Origin: Turneriella sp.
GTDB taxonomy: Bacteria; Spirochaetota; Leptospiria; Turneriellales; Turneriellaceae
Direction: 5' to 3'
Length of the DNA: 64,000 nucleotides
Assembly (NCBI GenBank): GCA_965279515.1
Contig: CBDIID010000003.1
Coordinates: 1,536,001-1,600,000, forward strand
Shown here: piece after piece, positions 40,801 through 50,145 of the stretch
Layout: each line of letters opens with the position of its first letter
How positions within the stretch are numbered: position 1 is the first letter of the stretch
Notes under the pieces: generated by a model
The model's database searches: none
Told to the model about the DNA's origin: nothing
Seen by the model: only the letters and a program-made list of their open reading frames with translations
Translations under genes and position numbers: made by a program

Positions 40801-41258
40801 AAAAAATCGACCCGGAAAAGACTTCATCGCTGCCGAACCTCAGCCTCGCGCAGTCGCATTGCTACTACCGTCTTGCCGTCGAAGAACCCATGGCAGCAAA
40901 ACGTGAAAAATACCTCGATAGCGCTTTAGGCCTGCTCTTCTATTCACAGGACCGCTACAATGCGCGCGTCGGCACCATCACGCGCATCGACGCTTCGAAC
41001 GAGAAACATGCGCGCCTGATGTCAAACCTCGCCATCATCGAAAATAATATCGGCGCGATCTATGAGATGCTCGACGACGAGCAAAAATCGCTGATGCACT
41101 ATTGGAAATCGATCGAAAACTCGAAGCGCATCGGTAAAGAGAACGAAATTGCCAACCTCAATATCCGCCTGAGCTTCAAGCGCAAGGCACTAGGCGAGGG
41201 GGAAAATTATCCCGTGATTATGGATTATGTACCCCCGCTGATTACCGACGAACTTTAA
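37860..41258 (+). CDS. TPR protein resembling periplasmic flagellar collar protein FlcA
   Basis: Long acidic low-complexity N-terminus, helical domain, single TM, periplasmic TPRs; sigma-28 promoter upstream. Confidence 0.65.
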   Translation: MADEQPKPEITYTPEELATINDLTSFFLKAPGQVDLDQNEDVPEGETGPDLGDAAVDAAAPKRPVADLSKFDDVMNMDVDNFDAPAAADEPQDVPLADEPTGDEPAMDFGDSPELPGADPLVAAADTGDFALPGIDEPTTAPTDDLASDFTFDETPAAETPAGGMDLGDLDLPPATSAAPAGDDFTLPDAGSDLDFPAAEPAAEAMDFGTDLAAPDTATGDTASLDFDLPAETAAPSLDDFALPDTAAPDTGSDFNFDTPSTDGLDTVAPAADAGMDFGDAPAAAPDLGDFDSAPASQQDDSFNFDSAAPSLDDLSPEVALGAGAAAGALAGASLSSDLSSLAAEEAATVDPATLRRVRETLRAFPAPLRRRLSKALLDENMKAADSNELMRLLSEGASANEVSAWLDSKNVEEIPEEAADGQGPRIIMARPEYTDEGLARQERLIKLTRFGAIAAFVLIAVVGGAYLSLIKPYFYRQAVAKGRDMILQRGSAAIPDAERQFEKALSYYDKDTYAFLQYADAYRYKGLYADAFAKLFAEVKLPGMAAKVGDKEVRSSAELFGALKRVPVVAYAGGESMVAVNGTPLAVGKKGAYVISHLDNRKDEAQVLLALGQFHSNPSRRFGREPYKNNFLGADYYRRVLMANPATPAFKKEEMMDRAVMGIGDIFYHEKDYDRALDYYKKILDKEPDNVTAHAGVLKSLIKLFHLNNDPRMVIQHHTMVRGKKIENKLPMYIKARLAAFYIDLPADNELRVKYNISPSNMLTGQQLKTRTDDLLTSIFNSSETDNFGVKHEGAKFAEGYYQRARSYAKDKNQVRMALKQFEYAYHYDQRHFMALNDRAELLTMLNDFSGATELLRLAKQLSTPDKLADLGENEQDETLSDAPVGIISFNMGKAMYLDAIRDLANSETWLRLKEVQKYRSQSDNGANALLAHLDRIELEFNEAKTLGISGTKAESELMYFSGWSKFVKNDHRGALTDWEKIDPEKTSSLPNLSLAQSHCYYRLAVEEPMAAKREKYLDSALGLLFYSQDRYNARVGTITRIDASNEKHARLMSNLAIIENNIGAIYEMLDDEQKSLMHYWKSIENSKRIGKENEIANLNIRLSFKRKALGEGENYPVIMDYVPPLITDEL

Positions 41259-42493
41259 GAGCGGCGTAACTCTTTCAGCGCGTCGGATTCATGCGCAAAA
41301 TAATACACTGCAATCGCAAACGCTAAGAACTGCATCAGCGCGCTGGCAAAAAACGGCATCCCTGCCTGTAGCGTGTTAATCGCGCCGGGCGCATGCGTGA
41401 ATTTCGAGAGGATAGTAAGGCCGATGAACGGCGCTGTGACCTGGCAGAGACTCGCAATTGAAGTGAGTGAACCCATGGCGATACCCTGCTTATCGGGTGG
41501 CACACAGCGCGAGACGTGGGCCTGCAATGACGGCCCGGCGGCGTTGGCGAGAATACATACCGCGAGAATCACATACATATAAAAGCCCTGCGGCGCCAGG
41601 CCCATGAGAACAAATTGCAGCGCGCAAAAGAACAATCCTATTTTTGCAAGGCTCACTTCGCCGAATTTCTTAATCAGCACGCCTAACAGGCCGCCCTGCA
41701 CGATCGCGGCAGAAATACCGACGCAGAAAAGCGCGATGCCGTTGTCTTTCGGCGTCCAGAAGAAGCGCGTCTCTGTGTAACGCACCCAGACCGAGTGCAT
41801 CATGAACTGCGCGAGGTTGGTGAGCGCAATCGCGAGAATAAACATGCCGAGGCCTTTCAGTTCGACGAGACCTTTAAGGGCTGAAAAGGCATTGGCCTTT
41901 TTCAGGGAGAATGGCGTGCGCAGCTTGTGCGGCAATGACTCGGGTAAAACGAAAAAGCCGTAGACGGCGTTCAGCAGCGAGAAACCCGCAGCCGCGAAGA
42001 ACGGATACTCCGCTTTATAGTCGCCGAGAAAACCGCCGAGCATTGGCCCCAGAATAAAACCGATACCGAAGGCCATACCAATCATGCCGAAACCTTTCGC
42101 GCGGTCTTCGCTGGTTGTGACATCGGCTATGTACGCGCTACCCACCGAAAAACTTGCACCGGTGATGCCGCCAAGAATGCGCGCCAAAAAAAGAACCGGA
42201 ATCGACCACGCAATGCCCTGCAAAATAAAATCGAATCCCAGGCCCACGATGGAAATCAGAATCACCGGCCGGCGGCCAAACTTGTCCGAAAGCGCGCCTA
42301 AGATCGGCGAGAAGAAGAACTGCATGATGCCATAACTCGCGGTCATGATCATGTACCAGTTGTTGGTCTCGACATCGCTCGAAGTGAACTTTGCCACCAT
42401 CTTCGGCATCACCGGAATGATGAGGCCGAAGCCGATAACGTCTAAAAGAATCGTAATAAAGATAAAAGAAGCGCTTGCTCGGGATGCTGCCAT
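41255..42493 (-). CDS. TCR/Tet family MFS efflux transporter
   Basis: LLDVIGFGLIIPV, GALSDKFGRRPV motif A, GFILGPMLGG motif C, LPESL. Confidence 0.93.
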   Translation of the reverse strand: MAASRASASFIFITILLDVIGFGLIIPVMPKMVAKFTSSDVETNNWYMIMTASYGIMQFFFSPILGALSDKFGRRPVILISIVGLGFDFILQGIAWSIPVLFLARILGGITGASFSVGSAYIADVTTSEDRAKGFGMIGMAFGIGFILGPMLGGFLGDYKAEYPFFAAAGFSLLNAVYGFFVLPESLPHKLRTPFSLKKANAFSALKGLVELKGLGMFILAIALTNLAQFMMHSVWVRYTETRFFWTPKDNGIALFCVGISAAIVQGGLLGVLIKKFGEVSLAKIGLFFCALQFVLMGLAPQGFYMYVILAVCILANAAGPSLQAHVSRCVPPDKQGIAMGSLTSIASLCQVTAPFIGLTILSKFTHAPGAINTLQAGMPFFASALMQFLAFAIAVYYFAHESDALKELRRS

Positions 42494-42690
42494 GCGGCGA
42501 AAAAAAACATCGGAACAGGAAGTCGAAATGTTTTAAGGTCAGTTATCCAGCAAGCGAGCGGAAACCGGCGGCACAGGAGACCATTCCACGCCTCTCAAAT
42601 TTTAATCACGCATACATATTATTAACTTTACACACCAAGATGGTTTGATTTTCTCCCGATTCCGATGCACCCGCTAAGAGAACTATAGAT

Positions 42691-43752
42691 ATGAAAACTT
42701 ATCATGTAAAAAAATTGTTACTGCCGATTATTTTTGCCCTCACCGGTGGCCCCGTCGCAGCCAAGTTTGCAGCGAGACAACCTTTGATCACTTCAGGTAG
42801 TCCTGTGCCAACAAAACAGCCCCCCACGTTTGAAACACCAAACACCGAAAACGGCGAAGTGAAAAAAACCAAGGATGAAGGCCCTAAATTACACATGGCG
42901 AATCCTTTCTATTTACCCTACGACGGTGAGTGGCAAATTTCTATCAAGGCTTCGCATGTAAAAAACCGGGTACGCACTGACATACCGGCACAAACTTTTT
43001 TCGGCAATCCCCAGGCGGCGATGTTTTCTGATTCGGAAAGGCGCAGCTATGCTTTGTCTGTTTCAATTCTTTATGGTATCGCAAACCGATTTAGCCTGGG
43101 TATCGGTACAGATTTCTATTTTTCCGAAGAACCCACAACCACAAAGAGCGGCAGCACATCCACTTTTGCGTCGCCAACTGCCCTCAGCGGCTCTACCGGG
43201 CCTGAACTTCGGGCTGCCGCCCGCTTCGCAGGCATCCGCCCCGGACAGGTTTATCTCGATCTGCTGATCTCGGCGCGGCCCGGTATTGGTGCCAGCGATA
43301 GCAATTTTATAAGCGTCGGCCGACCGATGGCTACGGGCACCCTGGCTACGGGAATTAATTTCGGGCTTATTACACTGGGTATCGCCGGAAGCTTCTCTTA
43401 TGCCCCGGCGGCAAGCGGAACGAAGGGCGGCGTGCCCAGTGCCACAACGGCCACGGGGGCAGCTGTCGGCCAATTTGAGTGGAAATACGGCTATGTCCGG
43501 GGATCCTTCGGACTGTCTCGCAATATCGACTCAACGAATGCCTCGAATGGCTTCGGGAAATCCAGCATCCTGACATATGGCGCCGGCGGAGGAATCAAAT
43601 TTACAGACGCAACATTATTAGATTTCGATTTTGCCATAACTCCCGAAATCCGTGGGGATGGATACAATACAGGGTATGGAAATGCCATCTATCAATATAA
43701 CACAGTCGGCCCGATAACACGTTACGCCTTAACATTCTCTTTTAAGCTATGA
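42691..43752 (+). CDS. Putative outer-membrane beta-barrel protein
   Basis: Signal peptide; Gly/aromatic-rich amphipathic strands; ends YALTFSFKL. Confidence 0.55.
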   Translation: MKTYHVKKLLLPIIFALTGGPVAAKFAARQPLITSGSPVPTKQPPTFETPNTENGEVKKTKDEGPKLHMANPFYLPYDGEWQISIKASHVKNRVRTDIPAQTFFGNPQAAMFSDSERRSYALSVSILYGIANRFSLGIGTDFYFSEEPTTTKSGSTSTFASPTALSGSTGPELRAAARFAGIRPGQVYLDLLISARPGIGASDSNFISVGRPMATGTLATGINFGLITLGIAGSFSYAPAASGTKGGVPSATTATGAAVGQFEWKYGYVRGSFGLSRNIDSTNASNGFGKSSILTYGAGGGIKFTDATLLDFDFAITPEIRGDGYNTGYGNAIYQYNTVGPITRYALTFSFKL

Positions 43753-45084
43753 TCTTATTTTTATCCCGAACATCACCTCCACCCGCACCCCACCCTCGCG
43801 CCTGTTGACAATATGAATATTACCGTTATGCAATTTCATCACCTGCTCGACGAAGGCGAGGCCCAACCCCGTGCCCTTGCGGCCGGTGTCGGGGCGCTCG
43901 AGGGAATAAAATTTCGTGAAAATTTTAGCCAACGCATATTCGGGAACTCCCACGCCATTGTCATCGATGGTCACACGGATACCCCCTTCTACCCGCCCGG
44001 CGGTGATGCTGATCTTTCCGCCCTGCGGTGAAAAATCCACCGCATTCTGCAACAGGTTCGAAAACGCCTGATAGAGAAAGAAATAATTACCCTGTACGGG
44101 AAGCGCCGTTGCGGTCACTGCGACCACAATTTGTTTTGCGGCGAAAACTTCGGCAAAGTCTTCGCTGAGTGTTTCGAGAAGCTCATTCAGCTGAATCCAC
44201 TCGAGGTTCGACAGCGTGCGCGTGTTTTCGAGCGTCGCAATAGTGAGCAAGCTTTCGGTGATGCGTTGAATGCGCCCGGCTTCGCGCGTGATGTTGGCAA
44301 GAAAGCGTTTTCGGTCGTCGGGGGGCAGCTCGCGTTCCAGAATTTCAGCGGCGCCGAGAATGCCGGCGACCGGCGTTTTGAATTCATGCGTCAGCATCTG
44401 CACAAAGTTCTCGATATATTTGCGCGCGTCGAGCTCGGCCTGCATGCGCGGTATCGGGCGGGTAATCCAGAAATTCAGCGCAAAACCAATGAGGATAAAC
44501 CCCGCGAAGACAATCACAATCGTTGCGAGTATCTTTTCCTTCGTCGCGTCGATGGCCTGCTCGAGCGTCACCGCCGGCTTTCCCGTGGTGAGCACGCCAA
44601 TGATCTTGCCGCCCGCGCGTATCGGCGCCGCGATGTATTTCACACTGACTCCCGGAAAACGCGTATCGTCGCGGCTCGAACGCGCACCGTAACGGCCGCG
44701 CAGCGTCAGGTAGACATCGTTCCACCGCGAATAATCCCTCCCTGTCGCAAGGTAGGCGGAATCAAAGAGCACGATACCTTTTGCATCCGTGATATAGACG
44801 CGCAGTTGCAGGTGTTCCTTCTTTATACCATAGATCTCGACGTTCATCGCGCGGTTTAGGGCCGAATTGATCGCACGCCCTGTCTTCACCACATCGATGC
44901 GCGTGCCGCCCTCGAGGTTCTGCTCGACACCGGCCGCGAGCAGGTGTGCCGTCTCAGCCAGCGAGTCTTCGAGCACCTGGAAATAGCGCGCCTTGACATC
45001 GCCCATGAGTGTGCGCGCGAGGAAATAAAACGCCACCGCCGCGGTTACAAAGAGCGCGATGAGCAGGCGAAGGCGTATACTCAC
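43747..45084 (-). CDS. creC: Sensor histidine kinase CreC lacking most of the HAMP domain
   Basis: LRVYITDAKGIVLFDS...G.DYSRWNDVYLTLRGRYGARS, LTHEFKTP, NAVDFSP, FYSLERP.TGRKGTGLGL. Confidence 0.93.
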   Translation of the reverse strand: MSIRLRLLIALFVTAAVAFYFLARTLMGDVKARYFQVLEDSLAETAHLLAAGVEQNLEGGTRIDVVKTGRAINSALNRAMNVEIYGIKKEHLQLRVYITDAKGIVLFDSAYLATGRDYSRWNDVYLTLRGRYGARSSRDDTRFPGVSVKYIAAPIRAGGKIIGVLTTGKPAVTLEQAIDATKEKILATIVIVFAGFILIGFALNFWITRPIPRMQAELDARKYIENFVQMLTHEFKTPVAGILGAAEILERELPPDDRKRFLANITREAGRIQRITESLLTIATLENTRTLSNLEWIQLNELLETLSEDFAEVFAAKQIVVAVTATALPVQGNYFFLYQAFSNLLQNAVDFSPQGGKISITAGRVEGGIRVTIDDNGVGVPEYALAKIFTKFYSLERPDTGRKGTGLGLAFVEQVMKLHNGNIHIVNRREGGVRVEVMFGIKIRS

Positions 45085-45779
45085 CAGTTTTCCCTGAGCG
45101 CATAACCGAAACCGCGCTGCGTCTCAATCGCCTCGATGTCAGGCTTGATTTTGCGCAGCTTCGCGCGGATGCTTTTAATATGTGCATCGATGGTGCGGTC
45201 AAAGGGTGCACTCATCTGCCCCATCGTGTGGTCGATCAGCTGGTCGCGGCTAAAGACCCAGCCAGGGCGGCCGATGAGCGTACAGAGAATAAAATATTCA
45301 TATCGCGAGAGTTCAAGCTTTTCGCCAAAGAAAGAAATCCGGTTACGTTTTTCGTCGATCTCGAACGGCGTTTTGGCCTTACCTTTCGGCGCGTCTGGTA
45401 TAACTGCCTTCGTCTCGCTGCGCTTCAAAATCACGCGGATGCGCGCAATCAGTTCGCGCAGGCTAAAGGGCTTCATGAGATAGTCGTCGCCGCCGATCTC
45501 GAGGCCCACAACCCGGTCGATCTCGTCTTGCCGCGCCGAGAGAAAAAGAATCGGCTTATCACTGAGCTTGCGTATCTCGCGGCACACGTCAAAACCCGAC
45601 ATATCGGGCAGATTGATGTCGAGAATGATGAAATCCGCACCTTCGTCTTTGAGCACACCCACGGCGTCGCCGCCCTTCGAAACCCATTTTACGGCAAAAT
45701 GTTCGGCCTTGAGTGCATAGACAATGTTTTCGGCGATCGGCCGTTCGTCTTCGACGAGTAAAATTCTGCGCTGCTGCAT
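45081..45779 (-). CDS. creB: Response regulator CreB (OmpR family)
   Basis: ILLVEDE, ILDINLPD, EIDRVVGLEIGGDDY..KPFS, LSRYE, DRTIDAHIK; ATG at 45779. Confidence 0.92.
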   Translation of the reverse strand: MQQRRILLVEDERPIAENIVYALKAEHFAVKWVSKGGDAVGVLKDEGADFIILDINLPDMSGFDVCREIRKLSDKPILFLSARQDEIDRVVGLEIGGDDYLMKPFSLRELIARIRVILKRSETKAVIPDAPKGKAKTPFEIDEKRNRISFFGEKLELSRYEYFILCTLIGRPGWVFSRDQLIDHTMGQMSAPFDRTIDAHIKSIRAKLRKIKPDIEAIETQRGFGYALRENW

Positions 45780-45852
45780 CGATGTATCTCTCAGGCAAAG
45801 AAATAACGCCAACCGGAAGGTGAAGTCGTTTTTCGCCGCGCCCGCCGCAAAA

Positions 45853-45879
45853 TTCACATAAAATTCACAAGACCTTCAT
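45853..45879 (+). promoter_or_regulatory. cre-tag (CreB binding direct repeat)
   Basis: TTCAC-ataaaa-TTCAC-aagacc-TTCAT between divergent creB and creD. Confidence 0.85.
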
Positions 45880-45912
45880 CGGGAACATCCTGCCCCTTGG
45901 TATATCTATGCA

Positions 45913-47109
45913 ATGCGAAAAAACAAACTACGAAATCAGATTCTTTGGGTCTCCCTGCTGACCCTCGTGCTGACCATGCTGGCATCTTTGGTGCTGCCGC
46001 TGGTGAGCGAACGCGCCGGGCGGCGCGAAACCGTGCTGCGCGAGATGGCGCGCATCTGGGGAGCGCCACAGGTGATTGCAGGCCCGGTCGGCATCGCCGG
46101 GGAAACAACCATTGAACTCAAACACCTTATTGTCGAAGGCGAGCTCAAAGTCAGCCTGCGGCGCAAAGGCATCTACAAATTCCCCATCTATGCCGCGAAA
46201 CTGGAATTCAGCGGGGATCTCAAAAACGCGGGGGCGCAAAAAATCCTCATGAAATCGCGCGCACGCCTGAGAATCGAAGCGGCAAGTTTAGGCGGCTCAT
46301 CCTTAGCGTTCAGTGAAAGCATGGAGAACGGCATCTTTCTTTATAAGGCTGCTGTATATGGCGACAGCGATCATCCGCACCTGATCATGAAAATCTCGGC
46401 CGAGGGTTTGCAGAGCTTTAGCATGCTGCCCGTCGCCGCCGAAACGGAATTGCGCCTGCGCTCTGACTGGAACGACCCGGGCTTCTTCGGCGATTTTTTG
46501 CCGCTCGAATATGAAATCGGCAAGGCGGGTTTTTCCGCCGTCTGGAAAGTGCCCGGCATCAGCGCGCGCAAGTGGGGTGAAATCTTCGGTGCCACCGACC
46601 GCGGCGAGCGCGGCTTCGAGGCATCGCCCTCAGGCGCGTTCGGCGTCGCGTTCTACCAACCGACCGACATCTATCTCGTCACCGAACGCTCGGTGAAATA
46701 TGCGATCCTTTTTATCGCGCTCACGCTCTTGACGCTCTTCCTGTTCGAGATGATCAGCAGCGCCGAGATTCACCCGATGCAGTATTTTCTCGCGGGTCTG
46801 GGGCTTGTGATCTTTTATCTGCTGCTGCTTGCGCTGTCAGAATTTGTGGGATTTACCCCAGCCTACCTCATTGCGGCCGCGGCGAATACGGCTCTGCTCT
46901 CGCGTTACTGCGGCGGCTTTCTGCTCAGCCGGGCGCATGCCGTGCAGTTCACGCTGATCATTACTGGCCTCTACACCCTGCTCTACGTGATACTGCAACT
47001 CGACGAGGCTGCGCTTTTGTCGGGGGCGGTAACACTCTTTGCTGCGCTGGCGCTGACGATGTACCTGACGCGCCGCGTCGACTGGTACAGTATCGGCGAA
47101 GTGAAGTAA
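45913..47109 (+). CDS. creD: Inner membrane protein CreD
   Basis: ER..R, WG..Q.IAGP, P.FFGDFLP, ERSVKYAILFI, IHPMQY, FYLLLLALSE, MYLTRRVDWY. Confidence 0.93.
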   Translation: MRKNKLRNQILWVSLLTLVLTMLASLVLPLVSERAGRRETVLREMARIWGAPQVIAGPVGIAGETTIELKHLIVEGELKVSLRRKGIYKFPIYAAKLEFSGDLKNAGAQKILMKSRARLRIEAASLGGSSLAFSESMENGIFLYKAAVYGDSDHPHLIMKISAEGLQSFSMLPVAAETELRLRSDWNDPGFFGDFLPLEYEIGKAGFSAVWKVPGISARKWGEIFGATDRGERGFEASPSGAFGVAFYQPTDIYLVTERSVKYAILFIALTLLTLFLFEMISSAEIHPMQYFLAGLGLVIFYLLLLALSEFVGFTPAYLIAAAANTALLSRYCGGFLLSRAHAVQFTLIITGLYTLLYVILQLDEAALLSGAVTLFAALALTMYLTRRVDWYSIGEVK

Positions 47110-47150
47110 TATTGACCAAACCCTTGACGGGGTGATACCTAATCACAATC

Positions 47151-47180
47151 GCTTGCCCACGCATTAATTCGTGGGCAAGC
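47151..47180. other. Perfect 11-bp stem-loop abutting the next start codon
   Basis: GCTTGCCCACG-cattaatt-CGTGGGCAAGC followed directly by ATG; no U-tract. Confidence 0.6.
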
Positions 47181-50141
47181 ATGCAGAATTGCTTTAGATT
47201 ATTTTTGCCTTTATTGCTGGTCATCCCCCTTTCTGCCGCACAGAAAATCAACTGGGAAGAAATCGACTGGCAGCTGCTGAAGACCGAGCATTTCGATATC
47301 TATTTCCCCAAGGGTTATAACCACCTCGCCCAGAAGACGCTGCAGTACGCTGAAGAGGCAAACATACACCTCAGCCGCAAGCTGCACCACCGCCTCAGCA
47401 TGGTGACGCCGATCTTCGTCTATCCTTCGCATGGCCACTTTCAATCGACCAACATCATTCCCTTCGCCATCGACGAGGGCACCGGCGGTTTCACGGAACG
47501 CATTAAGCGCCGCGTTGTCGTGCCGTACCTGGGCAGCGGCGACGACTTCCGCCATGTCGTCGTGCACGAACTGGTGCATGCCTTCCAGTACGACATTCTG
47601 CTCGGGCAAACCATGGGCAGCACCTTCTCGCTGGTGCAAGGCGGGCAGCCGCCGCTGTGGTTCGTCGAAGGTATGGCGGAGTATTTTTCATTAGGTTGGG
47701 ATTCCAGTGCCGATATGCAGATGCGCGATGCCGCGCTCACCGACACTTTGCCGACACTCGAGATGATGAACGAGTACCGCGTGCAGACGGGATTTATCTT
47801 TTATAAGGGCGGGCAGTCCGTCATGCAGTACATCGCCGAAACCTATGGCGAAAACAAGATCGCCGAGATGCTGCGCGACCTGCGTGACCTGCGCGGTATT
47901 GAAGACGCGGTTAAAACCAACCTCGGCCTTCCATTCGAAGAATTCGACGAGGGCTGGCGCCGCTGGATAAAGAGAAAGTACTTCCACCTCGTGAACAAGA
48001 AGTACGACGCAGAAGAAGGCCCGCTCATCAGCCGGCACAACGATGACGAATCGCTGATCAACCTGCACCCGTCGATTTCACCCGACGGTACGAAGGCCGT
48101 CTATCTCACCGCGCGCGGTTTTTACCCCGTGCTGGTCATGCGCGACATCAAGGATTTCAAAGCTGCGAAGGATTATTCGCTACAGAAGAAAAAAGATCTC
48201 GGCGATACCGAAAAAATACTGTTAAGGAGTTCGGATAACCCGACATTCTTTCAGCTGCACCTGTTGACCAACCGCATCTCGTTTTCGCCGGACTCGAAGC
48301 AGATTTTTTTCTCAGCGCGCAGCCAGGGCAAAGACAGGTTGATTCTCTTCGATATCGAAAAACGCAAGATTATGCAGCGCCTGACGCCGCCCGTGGATAT
48401 GGTGATGCATCCGCGCCTTTCGCCTGGGGGCACCCATGCGGTCTTTGTCGGCGTCACGCTGGGTGTCACCGATATCTACCGTATCAACCTGGCGACGGGG
48501 CAGACAGAAAAACTCACGCACGACGCTTTTTCAGAAAAAGACCCTGCGCTTTCGGGCGACGGCAAACTGGTCGTCTATTCATCCAACGCGAATGCGGCAG
48601 GGGATATCGAAAATGCCGAATACCACCTCTATGAAATGGACATCGAAACGAAAAAAATCCGCCAGCTGACGTTCGATGCGCAGAAACAGATTTCGGCGCA
48701 GTTTTACGACCGCAAGTCAAACGATAAAGTTCTCTATGTTTCGAACCACACCGGCATACACAACATCTATCTGCTCGACCGCAAATCGCTGTTAAAACGC
48801 AAGTTTACCGACACAGGCGGCGGCGCACTCGATGCCCAAGTTACCTACCCCACTGCCGAGCCCGGCAAAAATACCGAGCCTGCGAAACGCATCATCTATA
48901 CCCAGTTCCGCCAGCAGGGCTTTGACATTGCGCTGCGCGATGTAACGCCGGGCGATGAAAAATTTTACGACGACGACAAGACAGTGCATACGTACAAAGC
49001 GTTCTCGCTGCCGCGCTACGACTCGCTGGGTAAACCGATGAGTATGGAACCCTACCAGGCGCGCGTGGGACCCGATTTTATTTTTTTCCTTTTAGGGTAT
49101 GGTGCATACTCTGGTGGCAGCTATTTTGCCGGCATGGTCGCGCTGACGGGTTCTGACCTCACAGGCAACCATAGCTTCAGCGCCGTGGCAAACTTTCTCA
49201 CCAACGGTTTAGGCATCTACCAGTTCGATTACGGTTACCTGAAAAAACGCGTCAAGATGCACTTCGGCGCGTACCGCACGACATTTGCCATCTCGCCGGT
49301 GAATCTCATTGATTTGCAATCGCTGAACGGCCTGTTCTGGTATCCGAACTATGTCGGCTCTGTGCTAAAGATCGGCGGTTATTTTGGCATGGAATATCCC
49401 ATGACGCCCTTTGATTCCCTGCTGTTGCAGTTTAACGTAGCGCGGGCCGAAGAAACATTTCTCTTCGACCGTTCTGTGCCTGATACGCGGCTGCAGCCCG
49501 ATCGTTTCACGAACATGTATACGGTGCAGTACGGCATGCAGCACAATAATGTACTTTATTCCGTCATCGGCCCCATCAAGGGCTGGTCGGCGTCGTATGT
49601 CGGCGAACAGAGCATCAACATCTCGGGCCGCGACTATATGTTCAACCGCAACAGTGTCGACGGCCGTTTCTACTGGCATATCTGGCAGCGCTATATTTTT
49701 GCCAGCCGTTTTTATGCGGCTACGACCAATGGCCCCGATGCGAAATATTTTCCCTGGATCATCGGCGGTCCGTTTAACCTGCGCGCGTATGATTTCTGGT
49801 CATTGCGCGGCCAAAGCGCATTTTATTTCAATCTCGAATTCCGCTTTCCGATGCTCGACGCGCTGGCATTCGGCTTTCCGGCGCCCTGGGTCATCCGCGG
49901 GTTTTCCATGGTCATGTTTCTCGACGGCGGCGGTGTGTTTGATAATCCGAAAAATTGGCGGGCGTATGATCCCGGTAAGGGACAGCTGCAGGATCTTCTG
50001 CTGTCTTACGGTCTCGGTGTACGTTTTATTCTGTTTCCCGGCGTCATGATCAAGCTCGACTGGGGCACGCCGTGGAACTGGAAAGACAGTCGCCCAATCG
50101 GCGACTGGAAAGGTTTTTTCTCCATCGGCTACGAATATTAA
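47181..50141 (+). CDS. Omp85/BamA-TamA family protein with N-terminal zinc-peptidase-like domain and PD40/TolB propeller
   Basis: HELVH...WFVEGMAEY; P.ISPDG repeats; C-terminal barrel GG..NLRAY...LEFRFP...FFSIGYEY. Confidence 0.85.
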   Translation: MQNCFRLFLPLLLVIPLSAAQKINWEEIDWQLLKTEHFDIYFPKGYNHLAQKTLQYAEEANIHLSRKLHHRLSMVTPIFVYPSHGHFQSTNIIPFAIDEGTGGFTERIKRRVVVPYLGSGDDFRHVVVHELVHAFQYDILLGQTMGSTFSLVQGGQPPLWFVEGMAEYFSLGWDSSADMQMRDAALTDTLPTLEMMNEYRVQTGFIFYKGGQSVMQYIAETYGENKIAEMLRDLRDLRGIEDAVKTNLGLPFEEFDEGWRRWIKRKYFHLVNKKYDAEEGPLISRHNDDESLINLHPSISPDGTKAVYLTARGFYPVLVMRDIKDFKAAKDYSLQKKKDLGDTEKILLRSSDNPTFFQLHLLTNRISFSPDSKQIFFSARSQGKDRLILFDIEKRKIMQRLTPPVDMVMHPRLSPGGTHAVFVGVTLGVTDIYRINLATGQTEKLTHDAFSEKDPALSGDGKLVVYSSNANAAGDIENAEYHLYEMDIETKKIRQLTFDAQKQISAQFYDRKSNDKVLYVSNHTGIHNIYLLDRKSLLKRKFTDTGGGALDAQVTYPTAEPGKNTEPAKRIIYTQFRQQGFDIALRDVTPGDEKFYDDDKTVHTYKAFSLPRYDSLGKPMSMEPYQARVGPDFIFFLLGYGAYSGGSYFAGMVALTGSDLTGNHSFSAVANFLTNGLGIYQFDYGYLKKRVKMHFGAYRTTFAISPVNLIDLQSLNGLFWYPNYVGSVLKIGGYFGMEYPMTPFDSLLLQFNVARAEETFLFDRSVPDTRLQPDRFTNMYTVQYGMQHNNVLYSVIGPIKGWSASYVGEQSINISGRDYMFNRNSVDGRFYWHIWQRYIFASRFYAATTNGPDAKYFPWIIGGPFNLRAYDFWSLRGQSAFYFNLEFRFPMLDALAFGFPAPWVIRGFSMVMFLDGGGVFDNPKNWRAYDPGKGQLQDLLLSYGLGVRFILFPGVMIKLDWGTPWNWKDSRPIGDWKGFFSIGYEY

Positions 50142-50145
50142 AAAA

